NCBI GenBank assembly: GCA_951406725.2
Contig: OX597814.1
Span: forward strand, 99,696,001-99,760,000
Origin: Octopus vulgaris
Taxonomy: Eukaryota
Reading direction: 5' to 3'
Length of the DNA stretch: 64,000 nt
Positions 43,041 to 56,475 of this stretch are shown piece by piece (positions within the stretch are counted from its first letter, which is position 1; every line of letters starts with the position of its first letter). The notes beneath the pieces were generated by a model, which did no database searches, was not told the origin of the DNA, and saw only the letters and a list, made by a program, of their open reading frames with translations. Made by a program: the position numbers and the translations under genes.

Positions 43041-44569
43041 GGGAAACAAATTGACCATAATTTACAGTTCACTCGGAATACTTGTACTCTTATACGAATA
43101 TAAATCTTATTCTTAGGTAATTCTTCTTACTGGATAGTAATTATGCATCGACAGAGTTGTGCTGGAACTAGGTACCTAAAAAAGGCTGAAATGAAGAAAC
43201 CAATATGTAACGTATCTAAGACCTACTCGTATTTGAATGTTCTTTTAGTGTATTTTCCTTCAGTATTATTAATTTCTGACCCCACTATTAAATGGAAATC
43301 AAATATAACTGTCCTTTATCGAATATTCTGTCCCCAAAATAGTATCTATTAATTTTTCCAGCAAATGTGCCCATCTATGTGTACTTAGACCATTATCGTG
43401 TCTAAACTAATTCTTGGTGTTTCTTTAACGACTTTGAAAGAGAGCAGCAGCCATAAGCCTCCTACAGTATCTTCACAGACTGTATGAAGGATAGGCGAAC
43501 GTTATTCTTATCTCAGCGACGTGGCCTGAATAATTGAAGGTAAAGGAACCCCTGGGCTATTTGTTAAACTGAGTAAATGTAATAACTTGTACATTGGCAG
43601 TGAGCTTTTTGCATATACTGTACATTTGCATCAACGCACGGTGGCTATTTGTAGCCACATAGTTGAAGTAATGAATGCTAATTCTTTTGTCCGCACTAAC
43701 ACCTATATCTAACGGGGCAGAATTTTTCAATCATTCAGCCTGTAGTCTGGTGACATTTAGAATCGGTATCTGTAATAGTGTAGGAATGTATGGAAAATGT
43801 AAGGGAGTATAAGATATTAAGTTAAATATGATTTTTAAAAAAGATATTCGAACAAATATTAGTTTATCATTCGTAGCTATATCAACTATAACAATAATAA
43901 TTAATAGCGACAGAAGCCGTATTAATACTAAAAAGTAATATTTAACCCCGATTAAGAGTGGATGTTGTTTTGGTACAGAGACTACTCCTATAGTTACAAT
44001 AAGAAAAACTTTCACATTGGTTTTAGTGCATAGAAGCACTCTTGTTTGCATCGCTAGCGTTGAGATATATCACCCGCCATCGTCATTGCTGAGACCTGAT
44101 TTCGGCCTTCTCTAGCCTTGTCAACAACAGATGCTCGAACGCTGGAGATAACAGCGATATCTCGTCTATCAATATACATAAACTGTCAATTGATTAACAA
44201 GAGGTTTGCACCCATCGTATTAGGAATAGCAGTTATAATTACATGTGCGACAACAGATTCTCGATGCGCATGTCACTCATCGTTTGTGTTAGATGATCTG
44301 TTAGTGATTGATTATCAAGTAGAATATTTAATTTGTATGTACTCTGCTTTCGATTGGAGTAATTTCATTAATTTCTCTCAAAATTTTAGCATGTGTGACT
44401 GCATATTACTTTCATTATTCACAATTCGGTATTGAACATGCCACTTATATATACATATATACTAAGTTGTGTTCAATCCAAAATACTCCCATGGCGTAAA
44501 TAGCAAGCACATATACAAGTAAATACTAAGAGAAGATAATTATTTCTGATATATAAAGGTGACTTGGTG

Positions 44570-44750
44570 GCAAGCTGACAGATTCGTCAGATGAAATGCT
44601 TTGTGATATTTTTTGCGACTATTTAAGGTCTGCGTCAAACCACCGAGGTTTAACTTTGCATTTTATTCCTCCTAGGCCGATAAAATAAGATACCAGAAAA
44701 GTACTGGTGTCAATGTAATCTATTAAAGCTCTCTCCTCAAAACTGCCCAT
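44570..44750 (+). mobile_element. Diverged Meta-domain SINE
   Basis: GAAATGCTT..CCGAGGT..ACTTTGC..CGATAAAATAAG.TACCAG. Confidence 0.55.
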
Positions 44751-44869
44751 GCACCAGAAATCAATGTAGCGATGGACGTAATATCACACAAGTGAGAGGA
44801 TGGGTACAGGCGATTAAATTATCCTCATTTTATCTCTGGTATTTTATCTAACCTCGGCTGTCTAAAGGT

Positions 44870-45182
44870 GGAGGCGCAATGGCCCAGTGGTTAGGGCAGC
44901 GGAGTTGCGGTCGGAGGATCATGGTTTCGATTCCCAGACCGGGCGTTGTGTGTGTTTATTGAGCGAAAACACCTAAAGCTCCACGAGACTCCAGCAGGGA
45001 GTGGTGGCGACCCCTATTGTACTCTTTCGTCCCAACTTTCTCTCACTCTCTCTTCCTGTTTCTTTAGTAAAGTTGCGATGGACTGGCGTCCCGTCCAGCT
45101 GTGTGTGTGTGGGGGGGGGGGGGGGCACATACGCCACAGAAATCGGGAAACCGGGCCCATGAGCCTGGCTAGGCTTGAAAAA
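44870..45182 (+). mobile_element. tRNA-derived SINE with V-domain-like segment
   Basis: A-box TGGCCCAGTGG, B-box GGTTTCGATTCC, V-SINE-like TGCGATGGACTGGCGTCCCGTCCAG, tail GAAACCGGGCCCATGAGCC. Confidence 0.8.
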
Positions 45183-46467
45183 CCACTGTGTAAATAAAAG
45201 ATTTAAAGAAAAAACAAAATCAGCGCTGGTGGAATCTGAACGTAGAACATAACGGGATGCCTCTAAATAACAATGGATTTCATCTGACACTTTACTGATT
45301 CGGCCATTCACCGTCTCTAAGGGGAAAAAAAAGTAAGAGGGTCAAGTGCAATAATGATAATGGCAGCATAAACAGCGATAATAATATCAATAAGAACAAC
45401 GACAGCATAAAAATAAATAACAAATAAAAACATAAACAAAAACAAGATCATCATCACCACCAACACCAGTTTATGCTAACAACAAAACTACCAGTAAGAA
45501 CAACAAATATAATACGTACAAAAACAACAAAAATAACGAACCCACCAATAATAACAAATATCTACAATAACGGCAATGGCAACAATAATAACAACAGCAA
45601 CGACAAATATAGTAAGATATGTATAAAAGAAAAGCAATGTTAACATAACAATACAGTAGTAATATGAAGACCCGCTACAACGAATAAAAAAAAAATCTAA
45701 GTGCAGCAACAGCGGCAAAAACAACATTAACAATAACAACAACGACGAGGAGGAGGAGGAGGAGGAGGAGGAGGAGAAGAAAAAGGATGATGATGATGAT
45801 GAGGAGGAGGAGGAGGAGGAGGAGGAGGAGGAGGACTGCAACAAATGCAACAACAGCTACAGACACAATGGCTGCAATAACAAATACTCAAGAAAAAAAG
45901 GTTTTATAAAGATGGCGGAGTGGTTTAATTCTTACTTTATTAAAGGCTATCAATATAATTAGCTGAGTGCAAGATGACAGTAGTAGAAAATGTGGTGGTG
46001 GTGTTGTTGGTGGTGGAGGTGGAGGTGATGGTGATGGCCTATGACGGCAATTCGCAGTGGTGTAAATGGTGGTGGTGGTGGTGGTGGTGGTTGTGGTGGT
46101 GTGTCGCGATGTTTGGATAGGTGAGTACGTGATCTGTTTTGTTTAGGGAAGATGGAAACCATTGAAAGCCGGAATAAATTGGTTAAATGACGGAGAAAAG
46201 GCCGGAATAAAGAAAGGGGAGAGAGAAAGAGAAAGAGAATGAGAGAGCGAGAGAAAGTGAGAGAAATGGGGAGAGAGTAAGAAGAAATTAGTGGGGGAAT
46301 TTTAAAGAGTAAGACATAGAAGAAAAAAAGCAAAAAGAAACAATAAATTATAAAAAAAAAACATGATGGCTTCCACTGCCAGTGGACTATGGATGACAAG
46401 GGCGGGAGTATTAAATATTGAGAATTAAATCCGCATAAAATGGTATGCTTAAGCATCCTTTGCGGAG

Positions 46468-46534
46468 ATCCAGTGATGAGAAAGGCATTATACATTGGCC
46501 ATAGCAATGGTTATAATTGGATCATGCTGAGGAT
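46468..46534 (+). ncRNA. Candidate box C/D snoRNA-like motif
   Basis: ATCC-a-GTGATGA ... CTGA-GGAT (C box 46473-46479, D box 46527-46530, 4-bp terminal stem). No target or C'/D' boxes identified. Confidence 0.25.
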
Positions 46535-46931
46535 AAAGGTTGGTTTTTTTATTTGCGATGGTGGTGGTGAGGGTGGTTGTAGGTATTGCTTTTGTTGTTG
46601 CTGTCGTGGCGTTGGTGGTTATAGTTTTAGTTATTGTTGTTGTTGCTGTAGTTTAGGCTCTAATTCAGATTTGATCGAAAAAGACGTATGATCAAAAACA
46701 TTCCAGCGGTTACCATTTCATCGTTTTATTTCCTACATGTAACGAAACCAGGACCACATTATCCAACATATTCTCCATCTCGACCTTTTCTCTCCCTATC
46801 TCTCTCCTTCTTTCTCTCCCCCCTCTCTCTTTATGATTATAAGGATGTGGTTTGATAGTGATGTGATTACTATATCTAGAAGATCGAGCGATCATGAGGA
46901 GAGGTGTCTCAACGTCTATAATGAAGGTTAA

Positions 46932-47158
46932 GGCGGCGAGCTGGCAGAAACGTTAGCACGCCGGGCGAAATGCGTAGCCGTATTTCGTCTGTCGTTACGT
47001 TCCGAGTTCAAATTCCGCCGAGGTCGACTTTGCCTTTCATCCTTTCGGGGTCGATAAATTAAGTAGCAGTTACGCACTGGGGTCGATGTAATCGACTTAA
47101 TCCCTTTGTCTGTCCTTGTTTGTCTCCTCTGTGTTTAGCCCCTTGTGGGTAGTAAATA
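46932..47158 (+). mobile_element. Young single-unit Meta-domain SINE with target-site duplication
   Basis: Full head and body. Flanks TATAATGAAGGTTAA (46917-46931) and TATAATGAAGGCTGA (47159-47173). Confidence 0.9.
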
Positions 47159-47428
47159 TATAATGAAGGCTGAGGATAATGTACCCCCTAATGTTGATGG
47201 TTGTCGTGTTTGATGATGATTCTGCCGATGATGATAACCTTTGTGGAGTTGGTTATTTTATTAGTTGGATTGTGATGACGGTAAATATACTAATTGTCTT
47301 GGTCTTGGTTTTGCCGGTGTGGCTGGTGGTGGCGGCGACGATGATGTAATCATTGATTGTGGTGCTAACATTGCGATGGTAGTGATCGTGAAAATGATGG
47401 TGTCACTGGCATTGTCGTTGGTGGTGTA

Positions 47429-47840
47429 GGCGTGGCTGTGTGGTAAGAAGTTTGCTTCCCAACCACATGGTTCTAGGTTCAGTCCTATTATGTGGCATAT
47501 TGGGCATGTGTCTTCTACTATAGTTTCGGGCCGACCAAATCCTTGTGAGTTGATTTTGTAAACGGAAACTGAAAGAAACCCTTTGATATATATATGTATA
47601 TATATGTGTGTGTATGTATATATTTATGTGTGTCTGTTTTTGTCTCCACACCATCGTTTGAGAACCGATATTGGTGTGTTTACGTCCCCGTAACTTAGCG
47701 GTTCGGCAAAATACACCGATAGAATAGGTACTAGGCTTACAAAGAATAAGTGCTAGGATAGATTTCTCGACTAAAACCCTTTAAGGCGGTGCTCCAGTAT
47801 GGCCACGGTCAAATGAGTGAAACAAGTAAGAATAAAAGGA
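47429..47840 (+). mobile_element. Microsatellite-containing SINE (35853 family)
   Basis: Full head, internal TA/TG tract and tail. Confidence 0.88.
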
Positions 47841-48079
47841 CATATACGCTACGGAAACCAGGAAGCCGGCCCTGATGAGTCCATAGGGCACGAGACGGAT
47901 GCGTTATGCTTATACTTACTAATAGGGATTATTGTTAGATGATGTAATTGTCATTGTTCATGTGCTGGTGGTGATGTTGGTGTTGGCGGTTGTAGTGGTG
48001 AGAAGCATTACTACTATATTACGATGGGATGGTTGACTGCGCAATTTTTGCATCAACTGAAATATCAATAACAATAACT

Positions 48080-48292
48080 GTCACTCTGTCGGTTACGACG
48101 ACGACGAAGGAGTCCAGTCGATCCGATCAACGAAACAACCTGCTCGTGAAATTAACATGCATGTGGCAGAGCAGTCGACAGACAAGCGCCCCCTTAACGT
48201 AGATCTCAGGGAGATTGAGTGTGACACAGAATGGGACATCGCTGGCCCTTTGAGTTACAGGTACGACTCATGTTTGCCAGCAGAGTGGACAA
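48080..48292 (-). mobile_element. 3' part of CORE-like SINE (25391 family)
   Basis: GTCGGTTACGACGACGA..TGCTCGTGAAATTAAC is the reverse complement of 25635-25700. Confidence 0.75.
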
Positions 48293-48384
48293 CTGAAATG
48301 GTAACACTGAAAACTGTATGTGTTGATTAGTGTTGCAATTTGTATCTACAATCGTTTATGGTTTTGGCGACGCAGTTTTTCTTT

Positions 48385-48585
48385 TCTTTTATTCTTTTAC
48401 TTGTTTCAGTTATTTGACTGCGGCCATGCTGGAGCACCGCTTTTAGTCGAGCAAAGCGACCTTAGAGCTTATTGTTTGTAAACCTAGTACTTATTCTATC
48501 GGTCTCTTTCACCGAACCGCTAAGTTACAGGAACATAAACACACCAGCATCCGTTGTCATGCGATGTTGGGGGAGGGGCATACAA

Positions 48586-48629
<44 letters not shown>

Positions 48630-48805
48630 TTATACATATTCGACGAGTTTCTTCCAGTTTCCGTCTACCAAATCTACTCACAAGGCTTTGGTCGGCCCGA
48701 GGTTTTAGTAGAAGACACTTGTCCAAGGTGCCACGCAGTGGGACTGAATTCCTGACCGTGTAGTTGGTAAGCAAGCTACTTACCACACAGCCACCCCTGT
48801 GCCTA
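48385..48805 (-). mobile_element. Microsatellite-containing SINE (35853 family)
   Basis: Full-length reverse-complement copy. Confidence 0.88.
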
Positions 48806-49592
48806 TATGATGATACTTTTCATAAAACTAGTGTTGGCGTTGTTCTGCATTAGAGTTCAACGCGTTGTTGTTGTTTTTCTGATTGTTGTAGTTATTACGC
48901 ATGCTATTGTTGCAGCCAATGTTTAGTTTAGCCAAACGGTCAACGTTGATCAAACTGAATTATAGTGAAGGATATTCGAGATCAGATTATTTTACTTCTA
49001 GGTTGAGCGCACTGATCATTACATTCTCAGATGTAGTGTTTGATTTGAAGAAATTTGTCTGCTATCTCTTGTAGATGCTATTACCTCATAGAGGTTCCTC
49101 TCTTTCGCAGCTTTGACGGTAGAGATTGACAAATACGTGGTTGATATAATGAAGGAAAGCATGGACGCCTGTAATTGTTACGATGGTAATGGTAAGAGTG
49201 GAAGATTTAGCCGGTTGTATTGGTGATGGTGGAAGCGATTGCTGTGGCTATTGTGTTTTTTTTTCTTTTGTCATCGTCACCGCCGTTGTGGTTGGGAGGT
49301 CGACAGTAATAGATGTGGTCATAATGCTGACGTTAGTGGCGGAATTGAGAAAGAAAGAGAAAAAGAGTGAAAGGGTGTGCGAGAAAGGGAGAGAGAGAGC
49401 GAAAGGGAATGAGTAAACGAGTGAGTGAATGAACGCGTGTTTGTCTGTGTGTGTGTGAGTGTTTGTATGTGTATGTGTGTGTTAATGTGTGCCTGGAATG
49501 ACTAGAGATTTTGTGGGGATTAGACGATGATTTTGATTGGAGCATGTAGCAAAAGAGAAAGAGAATGAGGCGGTGACGAAAGAGAAATAAAT

Positions 49593-49678
<86 letters not shown>

Positions 49679-50046
49679 GAGTAAGAGAAGAAAGAAAATA
49701 GACTGCATTATAACATGTGATTGTGAAGGATGTTACAAGGCATGACCTAAGCATTTGTGTAAGTGTTGTGTGGTTGAAAGAAGCACTGTACAAAATGAAT
49801 TGGAGATTATCTAGAGAAGAGCCAGTGTGCATAGCGGGGTTGGCATGAAATGGCAACGAATGCACGGCGGTCAACAGAAACAGATAAACAATGAATCAGA
49901 GAAAGAATTAAGTAGAAATAAAATGTTACATATTGTAGAATAGAGTGAATCAAATACAGCGGAAAGAGTTCATAATATATGTAAATAGATAGCTGGTTGC
50001 GGATTATCGAATGAGGCGAATGTTATTTTAGTAGTAGTAGTAGTAA

Positions 50047-50080
<34 letters not shown>

Positions 50081-50194
50081 TGCTGTTGTGTTGTTGTTGC
50101 TATTGCTGTTTCAGGCCTCCTTGATATGATTGCTGTAGCTCATTTCCAGACATGTTGCACAGTTTTCTTTGCTCATCGTTGATTGCTTTCTTTC

Positions 50195-50212
50195 TGGCTT
50201 TCTTTCCCTTTT

Positions 50213-50284
<72 letters not shown>

Positions 50285-50405
50285 TCCTGCTTTCTTTTTC
50301 TTTCTTTCTGTCTTTCTACATCTTTTTCTTCCCCTCATTCCTTCTTTCTCATTCCTTCTTTCTCTCTCTCTTTTCTTCTTTCTCTTTTTCCTTTCTTTCT
50401 TCTTT
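50195..50405. repeat. (TTTC)n and polypyrimidine tract
   Basis: Direct tetranucleotide run. Confidence 0.92.
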
Positions 50406-50434
50406 TAATTCGATCCCAATGCTAAACTGGTATA

Positions 50435-50954
50435 CCGTACATCCTCGATTATAGTCCGCCCTTGAGTATAATACCCAGGGGATTTTAAGGGGCTGTACTT
50501 CTGAAAAACCTAAACCTTGTGTATGATACGCACCCCATCTCTAACTTGAGTCGTGCGTAATTAAGCCAGCAGCACCTAGCCGAACAAACACTTCCGTGCA
50601 TGCGTAATACAATAATGGTGATATTTTTAACTGTTATATAAGAATGTAAATATGTTTGCAAATTCTTTTTGTTACAGGTTATTCTGTGATCTGAATACTT
50701 TTATTTTAATAAATGTTGCTTACTGCAAGTTATGGATGATTCTTTTATGACTTCCTTGCTTTCAGGCTTAGCTTAAGGTATTTTCGCATCCGACATTACA
50801 AAATGCGTCTGAATAAACATTGCCGGGCAGCAAAATAGAGACTCGGACATTGCTTAGAAAATATTTTTCATTTTTAACCTCGTATATAGTACGCACTAGA
50901 GATTTTGACCTTTAAATTTTGGGAAAAGTGCGGATTATACTCGAAGATTTACGG
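50435..50954. mobile_element. Non-autonomous DNA transposon (pogo/Tc2-like MITE) with TA duplication
   Basis: TA|CCGTACATCCTCGATTATAGTCCGC ... GCGGATTATACTCGAAGATTTACGG|TA. Subterminal repeats of GTAT.ATACGCAC type. Confidence 0.82.
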
Positions 50955-51289
50955 TATATGTTATCGACTCTCAAAAAATGAGAAGCAGAATCGGCCTTGT
51001 CAGTATTAGAACTCAGAACCTAAAAGAGCCGAGGTAAATGCAGCTAAGAGTTTTTTTTAGTCCGACGAGATACAATCTTTGCTATCTTGCTGTCTAAAAA
51101 ACTATAAAAGGCATCATCTCTATCCACTTGGCTCCCTCTAGCCAGACAGTCGACAGGGAGTACTTTGTCAAGATTTGAAGGTAGTTTGGGGAGATATATC
51201 GTCGTAAAAGGCTAGAGCTTTTCCATTCGGTTTTATGGCACTCGCACCAACACAAGGTACCAGACCATAAATCCAACCACATGATCACC

Positions 51290-51582
51290 TACTTGACAAA
51301 GATGGGAATTAAAATTGTCTATCATCCTCCATATAGTCCAAATCTTGCTCTCTGTAACTTTTCATTATTCCACAAACTGAAGAAGATGAAGGAGGCTGTA
51401 ACAAGGGCCCTGGATAACTTTCAAGGACTGCTATAGAACCTTCATGAACTGGTTGGAGCACTACAAAAAGTGCATTGAAGTCAGAGGATTTTACTTTGAA
51501 CGAAATCAAAGCTTTGTACTTCCTTGAAATTAATAAACATCTCGCCTAAAAATTTTTCAAAACGTCTGGAATGTACCTTGTA
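51290..51582 (+). mobile_element. Mariner 3' fragment with TIR (family of 26191)
   Basis: HPPYSPNLA and WLEHYKKCIEVRGFYFE readable on the plus strand. Ends TGGAATGTACCTTGTA. Confidence 0.72.
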
Positions 51583-51591
51583 TACATGCAC

Positions 51592-51661
<70 letters not shown>

Positions 51662-51669
<8 letters not shown>

Positions 51670-51960
51670 GAATCCGTTCTGTCTGTCTGTCTGTCTGTCT
51701 TCTAGGATCTCGGGCATCCTCCATCCGATTGCGCTCAAATTTGATATGTAGATACCGACGGTATCAGGGCGTGTATAAGTCTTGAAAAAATTACAAAAAT
51801 CGATTCCAGGTGAGAATGCGATCGATAAAGCTGTGGCAACGTGCATTTGTACGCGCAAGTATATCAACTGTTGCCATCGATACCTTGCGTACGCGAGAAA
51901 AATGCACGTGCAGTTTGCGCAAAAAAAGCAGGCTGGCTTGAAATAATGCCACAAAATGCA
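51662..51960 (+). mobile_element. Helitron/Helentron (DINE-1-like) non-autonomous element
   Basis: TTATATAG start, (TCTG)n, CCGATTGCGCTCAAATTTG, and internal nested palindromes at 51835-51910. Confidence 0.55.
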
Positions 51961-53559
51961 GTATATTTAAGAGACCAAAAATGTAAGATGAAAAAGAGAT
52001 ATTTTCTTCAAAATTGGCATGAAAGAAGGAAAGACTATTTGGTTTCTCAAGAAGTTTTTTTTTTGCCTTAACTTCGTTTAACAAAGCACATTCATGCGTA
52101 GGTACACATATATGTGTAGAAGGAAAACAGAAAACGAAATACCACCTGCAACTGTAACGTAGACATAAATATATCTCAAAATTGAAGTACAAGTTCTGAG
52201 ATGCAAAAGATATGAAAGATCAAAGCATCCCCAAATCTTCACCTAATGTACTCATGCAAGTGGTCAGCTCCGGCGATGCTGGATCACCACCTTCAACTAA
52301 TTCAAGAAATACGAATTCTTGGCTCAGTAATGAATTAGGGTTCAAAGACCATAATGCAAACTATTTAAATGTTAATTTCTAAATCAACTGAACTTCTGTG
52401 TGGCCGTTCAAGTTGCTAGAAATAGCAGTCAAATATTACTCGGGTCATACCTTTAAAAAAATGAAACAAACGATGTAAAATATAATCCTAGATACTCTAT
52501 GAACTGAAGGAAACAGGTAATCACAGATGGACAACCTATGATCATGTCTTCCCTATCAAATCTGACCTGGATCTGGATAAGCAGAATAACTGTAATAAAC
52601 TGATTCCAGTGGGGAAAACATGTTGACCGTTCGAAAACGCACAAAACCTTTTAGCATCACTTAAACATTTACTGCTTGCAATATGGAGTAGAAATTTTCG
52701 TTACTCGAAACTGTGACAAGAGGTATTGTGTTTGTGTTAGAAATCAATATTACAGGCATATTCCTTGATTACATTTCCGGAATGAATAAAACTATAATAT
52801 TAATAAGACATGCTGATAGTACAGAAAAAATATCTGCATTAGAAACCGGATATGAAATCAAATAATTTGCCAAAAATGCATGGAAGTTATGTAACGAAAA
52901 TGATAACTATAGACGCAAGAACCGAATAAATGAAAGGAAAAAAAATAACATAAAGAAAAAATGAATGAAACTTAATTTGGAACCCCAAAAATTGAAACAG
53001 GATACTAATAATTAAATTTATGCAAACAAAATAAAAAAATTCTAAACAATAATTAAAATATATCCATAGAAAGGTGAAAGATAGCAAGCACATAAAATTA
53101 TAATATGCACGAGGAAAATACTTCCAAATTAAGCAACATTCACAGAATAGGAAGAAAGCGTAACCATAAGAATTATAGTAGCAGTTGTTAACAAATATAT
53201 ACCTAACTGGAAGAACAGCATTGCAAGAAAGATTACTTCTAAATTAGAAAGGAAATATAATGCAAGTAAAAACGAAAATGTAATATATCTTCCTCTGATG
53301 AACTGCGGGTTCATCTAAAGACGAATATCTATTGAAATAATAAAGACAGAATAATTTGAGAATCTAAAATTAGGCTGCCCATATCCAATGTATTCAGAGA
53401 TTTGGAAAACATCACCCTTTCTTTTATTAGCGCGTATTTGCTTTCATCCAATGTGATTCAGTTTAGAAATATATTTTTAATAGGATAAGTTTGAAGAAGA
53501 CAAATGTTATGAAGGGAGAGAATATGGATGGCGTGTATGTACAGCAACAAGAATAAGAT

Positions 53560-53932
53560 CTGCCGGTGTGGTGAAGAAATTTGCGTGGCAACTATGTGGT
53601 TTCGCGTTCAGTCCCACTGCATGGTATCTTAAGAAACGCCATGTAAATGGTGGACAGAAACTGTGCGGAAGCCCGACATACACATATATGTATGTGTATG
53701 TATATGCATGTGTGTATGTGTATGCTTGCCTTTGTATTTGTGCTGTTCCCCGCTCCGTGTTAGTTTTGTTACGTCCCCATAACTTAGAGGTCCGCAATAA
53801 GAGCCTAACAGAATAAGTGCCAGACTTGAAAATTAATTAGTACTAAGTTAAATTTGTTCGACCAAACTCTCCAAGGTGAAGTCAGAGCATGGCCGTAGTC
53901 CAATGATTGAATCAGGTAAAGGATGAAAGATA
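53560..53932 (+). mobile_element. Diverged microsatellite-containing SINE (35853 family)
   Basis: GTTCAGTCCCACTGC, TTACGTCCCC.TAACTTAG, GCATGGCCG.AGTC.AATGA.TGAA. Confidence 0.75.
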
Positions 53933-55654
53933 AATTCATATGTATTTCACATAGTATGTATAGTCCTCCAATTTCATCTTGCGGTATAAATCGACCTACC
54001 ATTTTTGGTTGCAGTTTTTGACAACAAGAATTCGACTTGTATGCCAGAAAATACTGTAAAATTGATAGTATTATTGTGGAAATGTAGTAACGAAGTATGC
54101 CCGAATATTTAAAAAAAAGTTTCTCTTAAAATTGAGAGGGCCTAAGGTTGAGCCAATGCATGGAATCAAGGACAGTGTCATGCCGATTCAATCTGTGGTG
54201 TACTCGGCCACTTACACGGTATTTCAATGAGCCAGGTAATTCAGTCGATCGAACGACTAAAACGTTCGATCCTGTTCCATTTTGCATTAATAGAATATGT
54301 AAAAGAAAAATAAAGCAATTTTCGAATTTAATTCTACAATTTTCGCGTTTCGACATGTGTATTTAAACAACTTATATCGATGCACAATAGCACTAACAAG
54401 GCTGAAGAAGTCTAACGTGAGAGAGAGATAATATAGACCAGGGCAGATGGAGGAAACATGCATTTTTAAATATCTGTAATAGTTAATCTAGAATATATAG
54501 AGACACTCTCACACACACACACACACAACGCCCTCACAGACACATATGCTTGTATATATATGCACGCAGTTCATTATAACAAGCTGGTAATATTGCATAA
54601 CTTTGCAACAGAGATATCTTAACGTTCTTTAAGATATTAAGAAATTTTGTATGGTTGTATTTATCTATGTATGTGATTCATGTACATGTATGTATGTATG
54701 TATGTACGTATGTATGCATATACGTATGTATGCATGTATGTATGTGTGTATGTATATGTGTGTATCTATGTATGTAAGTGTATATATATATATGTATGCA
54801 TGTATGTACGTGTGCGTATGTATGCGATTATGTACGTATGCATATATATTATATACATATATGTAGTAGCACGTTTGTAAAAAAGTGTGTCTGTATGTTC
54901 ACACGCATTACCTAAACACAATATAGATATGTTTACAGGCTTTTCATTATTAAATATTAAAATAACAAACCAAAAAATAGGCGACTATGTGTTTGTGGTT
55001 TTTGCAAATTGGCGAATGTAATTATGCAGTTTTCATAATACGAGGAAAATGAACGAATAAAACTTATATCCTGACAAATTGGACACGCCATTATGGTTGA
55101 CAGCCGTAGATTTTCGCCCTGAGAAGATATTTCATTCTGTCATCAGCTACAAGATGGACACTAATTGTTCTTTCCCCTTAATTCTTTGTATGATATCTTC
55201 CATTTTGAAGCAAGTTAACTTATTATACGTCTTTACACGACTTTGTTTCTAATTCCTTGGGGATATTATTCTTAAAAACATTCTTACAACTACAATTGGA
55301 GACGAGTTAAACATTAATTACTATTAGCAAGTTTGTCATTGACGAAACTCTGTAGATGTGAATGAATTGCTTAGTTTTCAATAACAAATAGACAATGCTT
55401 CCTTTCTCTCCTGTATAAGTGATAACCTGATAATTTATATGCAATCGTCGGTACTGTGTAGTCAATGTTCCCTTGCTCCGAATACTAAAATTTGCTCACA
55501 ACTAATACAACATATATATATAAGAAAAATATCGTTAGTTAATTGTCGTAGCTGTTTTAGTCATATTTCTTAAATATTTAGATCTACGACTACAGCAGAA
55601 ATGCCACCGCTTCCTTCATTTTCATTTCAGTGCATTCCTCTGACCCTGGTGAGG

Positions 55655-56240
55655 CCAATCTTTCGTCAGTCGAGTTCCAGATTATCTTTGCAGTTTCAGC
55701 TGGTTATACTTGAGACTACTCCAATCTGCCCAGCTCCAAGGAAAATCTCAGCTAAGAGCACTTGGAAGAAAGCAGCGAATGTATACGAAAACAAGGAGGG
55801 AACAAAACGGAGAAATGGTATACAAATACAAAGGCAAACAACAGGACATTAACAACAGGTGTCTTTCGACTAAGGACGAATTAAATTAAGCTGGCGTGTG
55901 TGGAAGTGAAGCCTTACGACAGAGACATAAGAGATGACAGGCATCGGAAGGAATATAGATGTTGCACGGATGGTAGTCGAACCAAGAAAGAAAGATCAGG
56001 CTTGGCCGAACACTGGTCATGTGGAAGGAGAGGAGAGAGTTAGAGACAGAGGGATAGAAGAATTAGGGAGGGACGAGAGAGACAGAGTGAAGTGAAAGAG
56101 CAGGGAAGGTGAGAATGAAGGGAAGGCTAGGAAATGTGAGAGAGGGGGAGCGAAACAAAAAAGAGTGGAAAGAACGAAGTAAGTGTGAAGGGGCTGAAAG
56201 AGAGAAAGAAAGGATAAAAGAATAAGAAAGTCGTACAAAA
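55655..56240 (-). mobile_element. Probable PLE 3' region (terminal repeat + polypurine tract)
   Basis: 55660-55735 repeats at 56410-56470 (GTCGAGTTCCAGATTATCTTTGCAGTTTC.GCTGGT). The purine tract resembles the reverse complement of a PLE 3'UTR. Confidence 0.5.
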
Positions 56241-56297
56241 TTTAGATATATATGTACTTAAAAGAGACCAAAGTGTATGTACACCGCTTTATGTATA

Positions 56298-56475
56298 TTA
56301 AGAAAAATACAAAAAAATGGGACAAGAACGCAATAGGCGAGAAAAATCAACCAGACGGTTAGATGATACGAAAAGGGACAAGAAAAAACAAGGACGGGTC
56401 ATTCGGAGTTTTCTTTCGTCCGTCGAGTTCCAGATTATCTTTGCAGTTTCGGCTGGTGCCCCAATCTGGCCACGT
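56298..56475 (-). mobile_element. Second copy of the same terminal repeat
   Basis: Homologous to both 55660-55735 and 30215-30290. Confidence 0.55.

Noticed and set aside
44870-44945. Functional tRNA gene (also 25391)
   Set aside because: The tRNA-like head runs on into a SINE body and tail, and the cloverleaf is imperfect.
46473-46530. SECIS element
   Set aside because: Lacks the conserved apical AA at the expected spacing from AUGA, and no selenoprotein ORF is nearby.
47845-47910. Hammerhead-like CTGATGAGTCC..GGGCACGAGAC
   Set aside because: No GAAA or stem I/III. The context GAAACC.GG..CCGGCCC.GATGAG matches the SINE tail also seen at ~45148-45165.
52213-52382. Short non-repetitive ORF (MKDQSIPKSSPN...)
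   Set aside because: About 56 codons, no recognisable motif or convincing splice context. Expected by chance.
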